64,000 nucleotides of DNA from Candidatus Margulisiibacteriota bacterium (GCA_041661965.1 JBAZTH010000001.1:159360-223359), one strand, 5' to 3'; positions 42,814-51,605 are shown, numbered from the stretch's first letter. The notes: generated by a model from the letters alone, not told the origin. Numbers and translations are program-made.

Positions 42814-43991
42814 ACAGAATATACTTTGACTATGCCGCTACTACTCCGACCGATCAGCGGGTCGTGACCGCCATGCTGCCGTACTTTAACGAGAAATTCG
42901 GCAATCCCTCCTCGATCCACAGTTTTGGCCAGGAAACCAGGAGCGCCGTCGAAAAAGCCCGCGAACAGGTCGCTAAGTTGATCGGCGCTAAACCGGCGGA
43001 AATTGTTTTTACTTCCGGCGGGACCGAAGCCGACAATCACGCTTTAATCGGGGTCGCTTTTGCCAACGAAAAACAGGCGGATCACCTCATTATTTCCGGG
43101 ATTGAACATCACGCTGTTACAGAATGCGCCGATTTTCTGAAAAAACGGGGCTTTCGGGTAACCGTCTTGCCGGTCGATAAATACGGCCTGGTCGATCCGG
43201 CTGAAGTTGCCAAAGCGATCGAAGCCAAAACGATCCTGGTCTCCGTGATGCATGCCAATAACGAGATAGGAACGGTTCAGCCGCTGGCCGCGATCGCCAA
43301 AGTTATTAAAGAACGGAAGGCGGCCCTCGGTACCAAAACCTACTTTCATACCGACGCGGTCCAGACTGCCGGACACCTGCCGATCAATGTTGACGAGCTC
43401 GGCGTTGACCTGTTATCGATCTCCGCTCATAAACTTTACGGCCCGAAAGGGGTCGGCGCTTTATACATCCGTAAGGGGACCCGCTTGACCAGTTTCCTCC
43501 ATGGCGGCGCGCAAGAAGGGGGGAAACGGGGTTCGACCGAGAATGTCCCCGGGATCGTTGGGTTTGGCGTAGCGGCCGAGATAGCCCTTCAAGAGATGGA
43601 CGATGAAGACGCCAGGGTCGCTAAATTGCGCGATAAATTAAAAGACGGCTTGCTGGCCAGGATCCCGGAAAGCCAGCTTAACGGTCATCCGCTAGAGCGC
43701 CTGCCGAACAACCTGAATATCACGATCAAATATGTCGAAGGGGAATCGATGCTCCTTAGCCTCGACATGGAGGGGATTGCCGCTTCGACCGGCTCGGCCT
43801 GCAGTTCTGGCTCGCTGGAACCGTCGCATGTTTTGCTGGCGATCGGCCTGCCGCACGAGCTGGCGCATGGCTCGATCCGTTTTTCCCTGGGAAAATACAC
43901 GACCGAAGCGGAAGTCGACCGGGTCCTGGAAGTCTTTCCGCCGATCGTGGAGCGTTTGCGAAAAATGTCGCCATTGTACACTTGTAAATAA
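42810..43991 (+). CDS. nifS: Cysteine desulfurase
   Basis: ATGA overlap with iscR. Contains the SAHKLYGPKG PLP lysine and the active-site SSGSACSSG. Confidence 0.92.
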   Translation: MNRIYFDYAATTPTDQRVVTAMLPYFNEKFGNPSSIHSFGQETRSAVEKAREQVAKLIGAKPAEIVFTSGGTEADNHALIGVAFANEKQADHLIISGIEHHAVTECADFLKKRGFRVTVLPVDKYGLVDPAEVAKAIEAKTILVSVMHANNEIGTVQPLAAIAKVIKERKAALGTKTYFHTDAVQTAGHLPINVDELGVDLLSISAHKLYGPKGVGALYIRKGTRLTSFLHGGAQEGGKRGSTENVPGIVGFGVAAEIALQEMDDEDARVAKLRDKLKDGLLARIPESQLNGHPLERLPNNLNITIKYVEGESMLLSLDMEGIAASTGSACSSGSLEPSHVLLAIGLPHELAHGSIRFSLGKYTTEAEVDRVLEVFPPIVERLRKMSPLYTCK

Positions 43992-44004
43992 GAGGAGGAA
44001 TAAT

Positions 44005-44433
44005 ATGGCCAGTAATTATAGTGAAAAAGTGATGGAGCATTTCCGCCATCCCCGGAACGTCGGGGAGATGGAAAATCCGGATGGTATCGGCAAGGTCGGC
44101 AACCCGACCTGCGGCGATATCATGGAGATGTACATTAAAGTGAAGGACAACGTAATTACCGACGTTAAGTTCAAGACCTTTGGCTGCGGGGCGGCGATCG
44201 CCACCTCTTCCATGTCGACCGAGATGATCAAAGGGAAGACGATCGAAGAGGCGCTGAAGTTGACCAACAAAGCGGTCGCGGAAGCGCTGGACGGCCTGCC
44301 GCCGGTTAAAATGCACTGTTCCGTTCTGGCGGAAGAAGCGGTCAAGGCGGCGATCGACGATTACCTAAAGAAGACGACCGGCCAAGGGCTCCCCGGTTTT
44401 AAACCGTCGGACGAACCGATCTGCGGCCATTAA
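44005..44433 (+). CDS. iscU: Fe-S cluster scaffold protein IscU/NifU N-terminal type
   Basis: Start at MASNYSEKVMEHF. The three conserved Cys are GNPTCGD, FGCGAAIA and MHCS. Confidence 0.92.
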   Translation: MASNYSEKVMEHFRHPRNVGEMENPDGIGKVGNPTCGDIMEMYIKVKDNVITDVKFKTFGCGAAIATSSMSTEMIKGKTIEEALKLTNKAVAEALDGLPPVKMHCSVLAEEAVKAAIDDYLKKTTGQGLPGFKPSDEPICGH

Positions 44434-44981
44434 TAGGTCTTGTTCAGCCAAGCGATCAACCGATCATGATGACTGGTCGTTCTGAAGTTTCCCCACTGGC
44501 AGGTAATGGCCTCCACTAAGCGTTCTCTTTCTCCGGCGGTCAAAGGCTGGAGATTGGAAATTACGCATTTTGCCGCCTCTTTAAGAACGTAATCGATCTC
44601 GTTGCTAAACCAGTTCGTTCTGCCGTCCATTTGCGCGATTTTTTTGGCGATCTTCGCCAGGAGAGGAAGCCGCTCCGCGGTCGGGAGTGTTTTCGCGTAA
44701 GCGGCAAAATCGTCAGAGAGCAATTCAAGCGCGATCGTATGATGATCGTCATAAAGATGCGGCTCGACGAATCTTTCCATCTGGAGCGCAAAACGCTGGC
44801 TCGGCGATTCGATCGAGCGTGAGAGGCGGACTGCCATGACTATCGCGTCGGCGCGCAGATAGCCGTTGATCGCCTGGATCCTGGCTTTGTCTCGTTCCGC
44901 CGGCGTCGGCAGTTTTGCCAGCAAGCGGTTGAACTGGTGATTCGCTCCCGGAGCGCCGCTGCCGCGTAATTTATTGATCAT
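44430..44981 (-). CDS. Hypothetical protein, 183 aa
   Basis: ORF with TATAAG-N6-ATG upstream. No recognisable motif. Confidence 0.5.
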   Translation of the reverse strand: MINKLRGSGAPGANHQFNRLLAKLPTPAERDKARIQAINGYLRADAIVMAVRLSRSIESPSQRFALQMERFVEPHLYDDHHTIALELLSDDFAAYAKTLPTAERLPLLAKIAKKIAQMDGRTNWFSNEIDYVLKEAAKCVISNLQPLTAGERERLVEAITCQWGNFRTTSHHDRLIAWLNKTY

Positions 44982-44996
44982 GATATACTTATATCT

Positions 44997-46070
44997 ATGG
45001 AAAACACCCTAAATTTCAAGGGAAACAGGAAAACGGCGGTTATTGCCATGTCCGGCGGAGTCGACTCCTCCGTGGCGGCCGCTTTGCTGATCGAGCAGGG
45101 GTGGAGACTGATCGGCGTGACGATGAGCCTTTATTGCTCGACCAAGGGGTCGGACCGGAGCTGCTGTTCGGCCGAAGCGGCGATCGATGCCCAAAAAGTG
45201 GCGGCCAAACTGGGGATCCCGCACTACGTCGTCAACTTTAAGAGCGAGTTTGAACAAACGGTTATCCAAAACTTTATCGATGAGTATAAGAACGGCCGGA
45301 CCCCCAATCCCTGCGTCCGCTGCAACCAGTTCCTGAAGTTCAACCTTCTGATGCGGAAAGCGCGCGAGCTGGGGGCGGAATATGTAGCGACGGGGCATTA
45401 CGCCAGAGTTAGGGGCTTTAAACTTCTCAAAGGGAAAGACCAGAAGAAAGACCAGTCGTATTTTCTTTACCGGCTGACGCAGGACCAATTGGCCCGCACA
45501 CTTTTCCCGTTAGGGGAGATGACCAAAGAAGAGGTTCGGGCTAAGGCGAGGGCGCTGGGTTTAGCGGTCGCCGAGAAGAAAGAGAGCCAGGAGATCTGTT
45601 TTATCGAAGATGACGACTACGCCCGTTTTATTCGGGAAAAGGTTCCCGAAGCGGTCAAGCCAGGACCGATCCTCGATTCCGCCGGACATAAAGTCGGGGA
45701 GCATGAAGGAATCGCTTTTTACACTATTGGCCAGCGGAAAGGGATCGGAGCGCACCGTGAGCCGCGTTATGTAATTGGCCTCGACCGGGCGCAAAACGCG
45801 GTCATTATCGGGACAAAGGAAGAGACTTACGGAACGGTTTTATCCGCAGACGAAGTCACTTTTGTGTCAGGGGAGCCCCCTAGCCAAATAGAAGCGAAAA
45901 TACGTTATAATGCTAAAGCGGCCAAGGCAACGATCAGCGATTTGGGGAATGGGACGGTCAAGGTCAGCTTTGCCGAACCGCAATTAGCGATCACCCCCGG
46001 TCAATCGGTCGTTTTTTACCAAGGAGAGGAAGTAATCGGTGGCGGAATCATTAGTCGAAAAGATCAATAA
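44997..46070 (+). CDS. mnmA: tRNA 2-thiouridine(34) synthase
   Basis: Contains the PP-loop AMSGGVDSS and the conserved CVRCN. Confidence 0.93.
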   Translation: MENTLNFKGNRKTAVIAMSGGVDSSVAAALLIEQGWRLIGVTMSLYCSTKGSDRSCCSAEAAIDAQKVAAKLGIPHYVVNFKSEFEQTVIQNFIDEYKNGRTPNPCVRCNQFLKFNLLMRKARELGAEYVATGHYARVRGFKLLKGKDQKKDQSYFLYRLTQDQLARTLFPLGEMTKEEVRAKARALGLAVAEKKESQEICFIEDDDYARFIREKVPEAVKPGPILDSAGHKVGEHEGIAFYTIGQRKGIGAHREPRYVIGLDRAQNAVIIGTKEETYGTVLSADEVTFVSGEPPSQIEAKIRYNAKAAKATISDLGNGTVKVSFAEPQLAITPGQSVVFYQGEEVIGGGIISRKDQ

Positions 46071-46956
46071 GCTCAAAACCCTGCGCCAGGCGGTCATTCT
46101 GGCCCACAACTACCAGCCGGGGGAGGTCCAGGATGCGGCCGATTATGTCGGCGATTCGCTTGGCCTGTCGATCGAAGCGTCCAAGGCAACCGCCCGGGTC
46201 ATTGTCTTCTGCGGCGTCGATTTTATGGCCGAGACTGCCGCTATCCTTTCGCCGGATAAAACTGTCTTGATCCCGGAGAGCAACGCCGGCTGTCCGATGG
46301 CCAACATGATCGACGCGGAAAAATTGCGCGCTTTAAAAACCGAACATCCCGGCGTGCCGGTCGTTTGTTACGTTAACTCCAGCGCCGCGGTCAAAGCGGA
46401 ATCGGATATCTGTTGCACTTCCGCCAACGCCGTCGCGGTTGTCCGTTCCTTGCCGGATAAAGAGATCATTTTTGTGCCTGATAAATTTCTTGGGCTCAAC
46501 ACCCAAAAAGCGGTGCCGGAAAAAAAGCTGGTCCTTTTTCCCGGCTATTGCCCGACCCACGCCAAGATCATGCCGCAACAGGTTCTTGAAGCCAAAAGGC
46601 AAAGGCCGGAGGCCAAGGTTTTGGTCCATCCGGAATGCCGCCCCGACGTCGTCGCGCTGGCCGACCAGTCCCTTTCAACCGACGGGATGCTGAAGTACGT
46701 TAAGAACTCGCCGGACCGGGAATTTATTATCGGAACGGAGATCGGGATCATCCACCGTCTGAACAAGGAAAATCCCGGTAAAAACTTTTATCCGGTGACC
46801 GATCTGGCGGTTTGCCCGAACATGAAAATGACCACGTTAGAAAAAGTTCTCTGGTCGCTGGAAGACATGAAGACGGTCGTGAAAGTTGATGAAACGGTCA
46901 GGGTCAAAGCGGAGCAGGCTATCTTGCGGATGCTGGCGGTAGGCCGGCAGGATTGA
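46039..46956 (+). CDS. nadA: Quinolinate synthase
   Basis: Contains ILAHNYQ and the conserved Cys positions (GCPMA, YCPTH). GTG start overlapping the mnmA 3' end. Confidence 0.9.
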   Translation: MAESLVEKINKLKTLRQAVILAHNYQPGEVQDAADYVGDSLGLSIEASKATARVIVFCGVDFMAETAAILSPDKTVLIPESNAGCPMANMIDAEKLRALKTEHPGVPVVCYVNSSAAVKAESDICCTSANAVAVVRSLPDKEIIFVPDKFLGLNTQKAVPEKKLVLFPGYCPTHAKIMPQQVLEAKRQRPEAKVLVHPECRPDVVALADQSLSTDGMLKYVKNSPDREFIIGTEIGIIHRLNKENPGKNFYPVTDLAVCPNMKMTTLEKVLWSLEDMKTVVKVDETVRVKAEQAILRMLAVGRQD

Positions 46957-46984
46957 TCCCGAGCGAACGAAGTGAGTCGAGGGG

Positions 46985-47410
46985 TTAATGAATGCCGGTC
47001 AGTGACGGGCCGCTTTCGTCTTTACGGCTCGCTTTGGTCCGTTTCCGCCGCAAACCACGTTCCACCAACTCATAGATCTCTTCCATCAGGAAGGGCTTGC
47101 GCAGATATTCCAGCGCGCCGAGGGTAATGGCGTTGGCGTGCGACGATTCGGTCGCGTAAGCGGTCACGATAATAACTTCGATCGCGGGATCGAGCTCTTT
47201 AAGTTTGCGCAGGACTTCCAACCCGTCCATTCCGGGGAGCTTGTAATCGATAAAGGCGAGGTCGAACTTTCCTTTTTCGATCCCGGCGAGGGCGGTGGGG
47301 CCGTCGGGGAAGGTGGCAACATCATAATCCTTGATCTTCAGGATCATTTTGAATGATTCCAATACCGATGGTTCATCGTCGACAACCATGATCTTAACGT
47401 TTTCTGGCAA
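46985..47410 (-). CDS. Single-domain response regulator (CheY-like)
   Basis: Contains IMVVDDE, FIDYKLPGMDG and RKPF. TTG start with a GGGGGAG SD. Confidence 0.85.
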   Translation of the reverse strand: MPENVKIMVVDDEPSVLESFKMILKIKDYDVATFPDGPTALAGIEKGKFDLAFIDYKLPGMDGLEVLRKLKELDPAIEVIIVTAYATESSHANAITLGALEYLRKPFLMEEIYELVERGLRRKRTKASRKDESGPSLTGIH

Positions 47411-47466
47411 GTTACTCTCCCCCTTCTATGAAATCCGGCTGTCATTTTAGCATCAGGAGACGATTA

Positions 47467-47495
47467 TTGCAATAAAAATTCGGTTGTGTTATTCT
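47467..47495 (+). promoter_or_regulatory. Promoter for the CAU tRNA
   Basis: TTGCAA-N17-TATTCT with a TG extension, 20 nt upstream of the tRNA 5' end. Confidence 0.55.
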
Positions 47496-47515
47496 AAATA
47501 AGGACGATAAAACAG

Positions 47516-47589
47516 GCCGGGGTAGCTCAGTTGGTTAGAGCGAGGGACTCATAAGCCCTAGGTCGCCAGTTCGATCCTGGCCCCCGGCA
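47516..47589 (+). tRNA. tRNA with CAU anticodon (elongator Met or lysidine-dependent Ile2)
   Basis: Hand fold. The acceptor is GCCGGGG/CCCCGGC (a G1-C72 pair, so not an initiator), the D-arm GCTC/GAGC, the anticodon loop CTCATAA and the T-arm GCCAG TTCGATC CTGGC. Confidence 0.85.
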
Positions 47590-47601
47590 TGGATACTTAA
47601 T

Positions 47602-47901
47602 ATGAAAGATAAAACTTTGGCCGTCTTGTGCTACCTGACGTGGGTCCCTTCGATCTACCTCGTTTTAACCGAGAAGCACAGCGAGTACCTGAATTATCAC
47701 GCCCGCCAGGCGCTTCTTCTCTGGACGATCATTTTTGTGGTCTTTTTTGCCGCCCGGATGATCGTTAATTCGATCTGGCTGGTTTTTTATGTTCCTCATC
47801 TCGAGGTGATCGAAACTTCGGTCGGCTTCGCTTCCTTTATTTACGCCGCTTACTGCGCCAGGCGCTGTTATCTTGGGGTCCCCTTTACTATTCCTCATTA
47901 A
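47602..47901 (+). CDS. Small integral membrane protein
   Basis: 99 aa with three hydrophobic helices. Confidence 0.55.
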   Translation: MKDKTLAVLCYLTWVPSIYLVLTEKHSEYLNYHARQALLLWTIIFVVFFAARMIVNSIWLVFYVPHLEVIETSVGFASFIYAAYCARRCYLGVPFTIPH

Positions 47902-47913
47902 GGAAGGACGGCA

Positions 47914-49293
47914 ATGATCAAAGACGAATTTTTAGATGCGATCGCGGAATACCAGATGTTTTCACCTGGCGAAACGGTCGTGGTGGCGGTTTCCGGCGGA
48001 CCGGACTCCTGCGCTTTGCTTAGCCTGCTCAACGAATATAAAGAACAGCTTGGGCTCTCTCTCCATGTCGCGCACTTAAACCATCTGCTCCGTAAGAACG
48101 ACGCCGAACTCGACGTCCGGTTCGTGGAAGGGTTGGCCCAGAAAATGGGCCTGCCGATCAGTGTCGAGGCGCGCGACGTGGCCGCCTTGGCGTCAGCCGA
48201 GCGGCTGGGGATCGAAGCGGCGGCCAGGCTCGCCCGCTATGACTTTTTTGAGCGATTGGCCGATAAGATCGGCGCCCAAAAAATTGCCGTCGGGCATACC
48301 GCTGAAGATAATATCGAGACCTTTCTGATGCGTCTCCTGCGCGGCTCCGGCTTGAAGGGGCTCTGCAGTATTCCGGCCCGGCGAGGGCGGATCGTCCGCC
48401 CGCTGATCAAGGTTTGGCGCCGGGAAGTGGAAGACTACGTCAGCGCCTTAAAAATGATCCCCCGCCGCGACTACACCAACTACGAATCGAAATACATGCG
48501 CAACAGCATCCGCCTGAAATTGGTTCCCCAGCTTAAGCTTTACAACATGAACATCAAAGAGATCTTACTGCAGACGGTCCTGATGCTCAATGAAGACCGT
48601 TATTATCTGGAGAGCGAGACCGAAGAGCTGATGGCCAAGATTATCCTGGAAGAGAAAGAGGGGCTGGTAAGGCTCAACCTGACCAAATTGTTCGAATATC
48701 CGCTGGCGATCAAGCGTCATCTTCTTCGTTTGGCGATCGAAAAAGTCAAAGGAAACCTCACCGAACTTTCCTTTAATCATGTCCGCTCGATCATCGACCA
48801 GCTTCCCACGGCTAAAAAGTGGGAGCTTCATCTTCCCGACGGGATCATGGTCTACGGCGATGGGATGAACCTGACGGTCAGTCGGGAGCGCCTGAAGATG
48901 GAAAAGATCGAACCCTTCCGCTACGCGGTCCTGGTCCCCGGCGAGACGACGATCCCGGAGATCGGGCGGCTGGTCCGGGCGACTGAAGGAGCCGCTCTTG
49001 GTCCGGCCGGCCCGGAGGTCGCCTACGTGGACCAAGATTCGCTCGGTCGGGATATTATCGTCAGAAATAAGCTTCCCGGCGACCGGTTCCAGCCCCTTGG
49101 TTTGGCCGGGACGAAAAAACTTCAGGATTTTTTAGTCGACGAGAAGGTTCCCCAGGAGAAACGGGACGCCGTACCGGTCTTTGAGAGCGCCGGCCGGATC
49201 ATCTGGTTGGGGGAGCTGCGCCTCGATGAGCGCTCGAAAGTGACCGCGACTACCCGGCGGATCTTAAAACTGGAGCTGGTAAAAAATGGCTAG
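47914..49293 (+). CDS. tilS: tRNA(Ile)-lysidine synthase
   Basis: Contains the PP-loop VAVSGGPDSCAL and has a TilS C-terminal domain. Confidence 0.92.
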   Translation: MIKDEFLDAIAEYQMFSPGETVVVAVSGGPDSCALLSLLNEYKEQLGLSLHVAHLNHLLRKNDAELDVRFVEGLAQKMGLPISVEARDVAALASAERLGIEAAARLARYDFFERLADKIGAQKIAVGHTAEDNIETFLMRLLRGSGLKGLCSIPARRGRIVRPLIKVWRREVEDYVSALKMIPRRDYTNYESKYMRNSIRLKLVPQLKLYNMNIKEILLQTVLMLNEDRYYLESETEELMAKIILEEKEGLVRLNLTKLFEYPLAIKRHLLRLAIEKVKGNLTELSFNHVRSIIDQLPTAKKWELHLPDGIMVYGDGMNLTVSRERLKMEKIEPFRYAVLVPGETTIPEIGRLVRATEGAALGPAGPEVAYVDQDSLGRDIIVRNKLPGDRFQPLGLAGTKKLQDFLVDEKVPQEKRDAVPVFESAGRIIWLGELRLDERSKVTATTRRILKLELVKNG

Positions 49294-50476
49294 AATTATA
49301 GAAATAAATAACGCGGCCGAAGCGGCCGAAGAATTGGCCGTGCTGGGAGTTGAGCCGGCCGGGATCAGGATTATGGCCCCGAAGGCGGCTTTCCGGGTGC
49401 TTAAGATCGGCGCGCTTCGTCCGGTAGCGGCCAACATTTTGAAGCAGGAGAGCCTCTCTTACGGCGCGGAAGCGGCGACCGCTTACGGTTCGATCAATCA
49501 TTCGGTGAAAACGACCGGGGTCCTCCTTTTTGGGACCATTCGCCAGCTCCTGTCCATCGCTAAAAAACTGAAGGCTCACCAATTTGGCCTCCCCGCGGTC
49601 GGCGCGGAGATTGAAAAGGTCCTGACCGCCGTCGATCGTCCGCTCCCGGCGCTTTCGATCGGCAAGCGGACCTTTCATTTCGGTCGACGGACGTTTATCA
49701 TGGGGATCGTTAATGTCACGCCGGATTCGTTTTCCGACGGCGGCTGCTTCAGCGACCCGGCCGCCGCGGCCGCGCGGGCGGAAGCCTTGTTCGCGGCCGG
49801 GGCCGACCTGATCGATATCGGCGGCGAATCGACCCGGCCGGGGTCAAGGACCGTTCCAACCAAGACCGAGATCGCCCGGGTCGTCCCGGTGATCAAAAAG
49901 CTGGCGGGGAAAATGCCCCTGTCGGTCGATACCCGGAAAGCGGCGGTTGCCGCCGCGGCTCTGGAGGCGGGGGCTGATTTCGTCAACGATGTCAGCGGCT
50001 TTCGCTTCGACAAAAAAATGGCGGCGGTTGTTGCCAAATATAAAATACCGGTCTGCGTCATGCATTCCAGCGGGACCCCGCGCCGGATGCAGGCCAACCC
50101 TAAATATAACGACTTAATGGGAGAGATAATCGCTTCTTTGGAACAAAGCCTTGAAATCGGGTTAAATGCTGGTATACTACCTGATAAATTTGTGATCGAT
50201 CCCGGCCTCGGTTTCGGCAAGACCCTGGATCATAATTTAGAGATCGTGCGGCGGCTCAAGGAGTTGAAAAGCCTGGGGCGGCCGATCCTGATCGGACCGT
50301 CGCGCAAATCGCTGATCGGCCAGGTCCTGGCGCTTCCCCCGACGGAGCGGCTCCTAGGGACGGCGGCGGTGACCGCGCTGGCGGTCCAAAACGGGGCCGA
50401 CATCGTCCGGGTCCACGACGTCAAAGAGATTAGCCAAGTCGTTAAAATGGCGGATTCAATCGTTAGGAGGAAATGA
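49286..50476 (+). CDS. folP: Dihydropteroate synthase with ~130-aa N-terminal extension
   Basis: The pterin-binding domain begins at IMGIVNVTPDSFSDGG. It also contains DIGGESTRPG. Confidence 0.9.
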   Translation: MARIIEINNAAEAAEELAVLGVEPAGIRIMAPKAAFRVLKIGALRPVAANILKQESLSYGAEAATAYGSINHSVKTTGVLLFGTIRQLLSIAKKLKAHQFGLPAVGAEIEKVLTAVDRPLPALSIGKRTFHFGRRTFIMGIVNVTPDSFSDGGCFSDPAAAAARAEALFAAGADLIDIGGESTRPGSRTVPTKTEIARVVPVIKKLAGKMPLSVDTRKAAVAAAALEAGADFVNDVSGFRFDKKMAAVVAKYKIPVCVMHSSGTPRRMQANPKYNDLMGEIIASLEQSLEIGLNAGILPDKFVIDPGLGFGKTLDHNLEIVRRLKELKSLGRPILIGPSRKSLIGQVLALPPTERLLGTAAVTALAVQNGADIVRVHDVKEISQVVKMADSIVRRK

Positions 50477-50478
50477 CC

Positions 50479-51117
50479 ATGAAGAAAGCGGCCAAGAAAC
50501 CGGCTAAAAAACCGGTCAAGAAAAAGGCCCCGGTTAAAAAGGCGAGCGTCAAGAAGGCGCCCAAAAAAGGCGGATTGGTGATGGCTTATCTCGGACTCGG
50601 CTCCAACGTCGGCGACCGCGAGGAATATGTCGAACAGGCGGTTTTCCTGCTGGAAAAGAACCCGTACATCCAGGTGACCAAACGTTCGGCCAATTACGAG
50701 ACCGAACCGGAGGGGAACAGCGAACAGCCGAAGTTCATTAACGCCGCGGTCGAGATCCGGACCAAACTCGCCCCACAGAAATTGCTTGATGTCTGCCAGG
50801 AGATCGAAGCGGCGCTCGGCCGGGAACGGGAACTCGAGTGGGGTCCGCGGACGATGGACATCGACATCCTTTTGTATGACGAGATGATCGTTTCCGACGA
50901 CAACCTGCAAATCCCCCATCCGCTGATGCACGAGCGGCTCTTCGTTTTGAAACCGCTCAAGGAAATCGCCCCGCGCTTGATCCATCCGGTGCTGGAAAAA
51001 ACGATCGAGATGATCTACGACGAGAAAAAAGCGGAGCACGGCGATACCTACGATGACGAACTCCCCGGGTTTAAAGAAATTAAAGGGGCGAACCTGGACG
51101 ATTACGAACGCTGGTAG
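50479..51117 (+). CDS. folK: 2-amino-4-hydroxy-6-hydroxymethyldihydropteridine pyrophosphokinase with Lys/Ala/Pro-rich N-terminal tail
   Basis: The HPPK core is YLGLGSNVGDRE ... WGPRTMDIDILLY. AGGAGG lies 8 nt before the ATG at 50479. An in-frame ATG at 50473 overlaps the folP stop. Confidence 0.85.
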   Translation: MKKAAKKPAKKPVKKKAPVKKASVKKAPKKGGLVMAYLGLGSNVGDREEYVEQAVFLLEKNPYIQVTKRSANYETEPEGNSEQPKFINAAVEIRTKLAPQKLLDVCQEIEAALGRERELEWGPRTMDIDILLYDEMIVSDDNLQIPHPLMHERLFVLKPLKEIAPRLIHPVLEKTIEMIYDEKKAEHGDTYDDELPGFKEIKGANLDDYERW

Positions 51118-51144
51118 AGGAAAAATCTTGCAGCATAAAGCTTT

Positions 51145-51164
51145 AAGCTTACAGCTGTAAGCTT
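51145..51164. repeat. Perfect 20-bp palindrome AAGCTTACAGCTGTAAGCTT
   Basis: It is an exact copy of 25696-25715. ATAAAGCTTT precedes it. Confidence 0.9.
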
Positions 51165-51170
51165 AAAATT

Positions 51171-51605
51171 ATGGCAATTATCGTAACCAAGAATGCTGGG
51201 GAAACAATTGTTCTGGGAACACGGATCGGTTCGATTCTTCAAGCTAACGATTTGATTGCCCTGACCGGGACCCTGGGAGCCGGGAAGACTACCTTGATCC
51301 AGGGGATCGCGGCTGGCCTGGGGGTCAAGGATTACGTTACTTCGCCGACCTTTATTATTATCAATGAGTACCAAGGGCGCTTACCGCTTTACCATTTCGA
51401 CCTCTACCGGCTGGAAGACCTTGGCTCGATCGAAGAGCTGGGGGTTGAGGAATATTTTCAGCGGGGCGGGGTCTGCCTGATCGAGTGGGCGGAGCGGATG
51501 ACCGAGCTTTTACCGGCGAAAAGAGAAACGATCGAGATCAAACTGATCGATGAAAATGAGAGGGAAATATGCGTCTCCTCGGGATTAGCAGCGCGACTAA
51601 AGTAG
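51171..51605 (+). CDS. tsaE: tRNA t6A biosynthesis ATPase TsaE
   Basis: Contains the Walker A GTLGAGKTT and HFDLYRL. Confidence 0.9.
   Translation: MAIIVTKNAGETIVLGTRIGSILQANDLIALTGTLGAGKTTLIQGIAAGLGVKDYVTSPTFIIINEYQGRLPLYHFDLYRLEDLGSIEELGVEEYFQRGGVCLIEWAERMTELLPAKRETIEIKLIDENEREICVSSGLAARLK

Noticed and set aside
46957-46984. The 28-nt spacer TCCCGAGCGAACGAAGTGAGTCGAGGGG between nadA and the response regulator, with vaguely similar termini (CCCTCGAC...GCTCGGGA) in a small tsaD N-terminal insertion at about 15425-15450.
   Set aside because: It does not fold into a convincing hairpin. The similarity to the tsaD segment is limited to about 8-nt ends, which is too weak to call a repeat family from this window alone.
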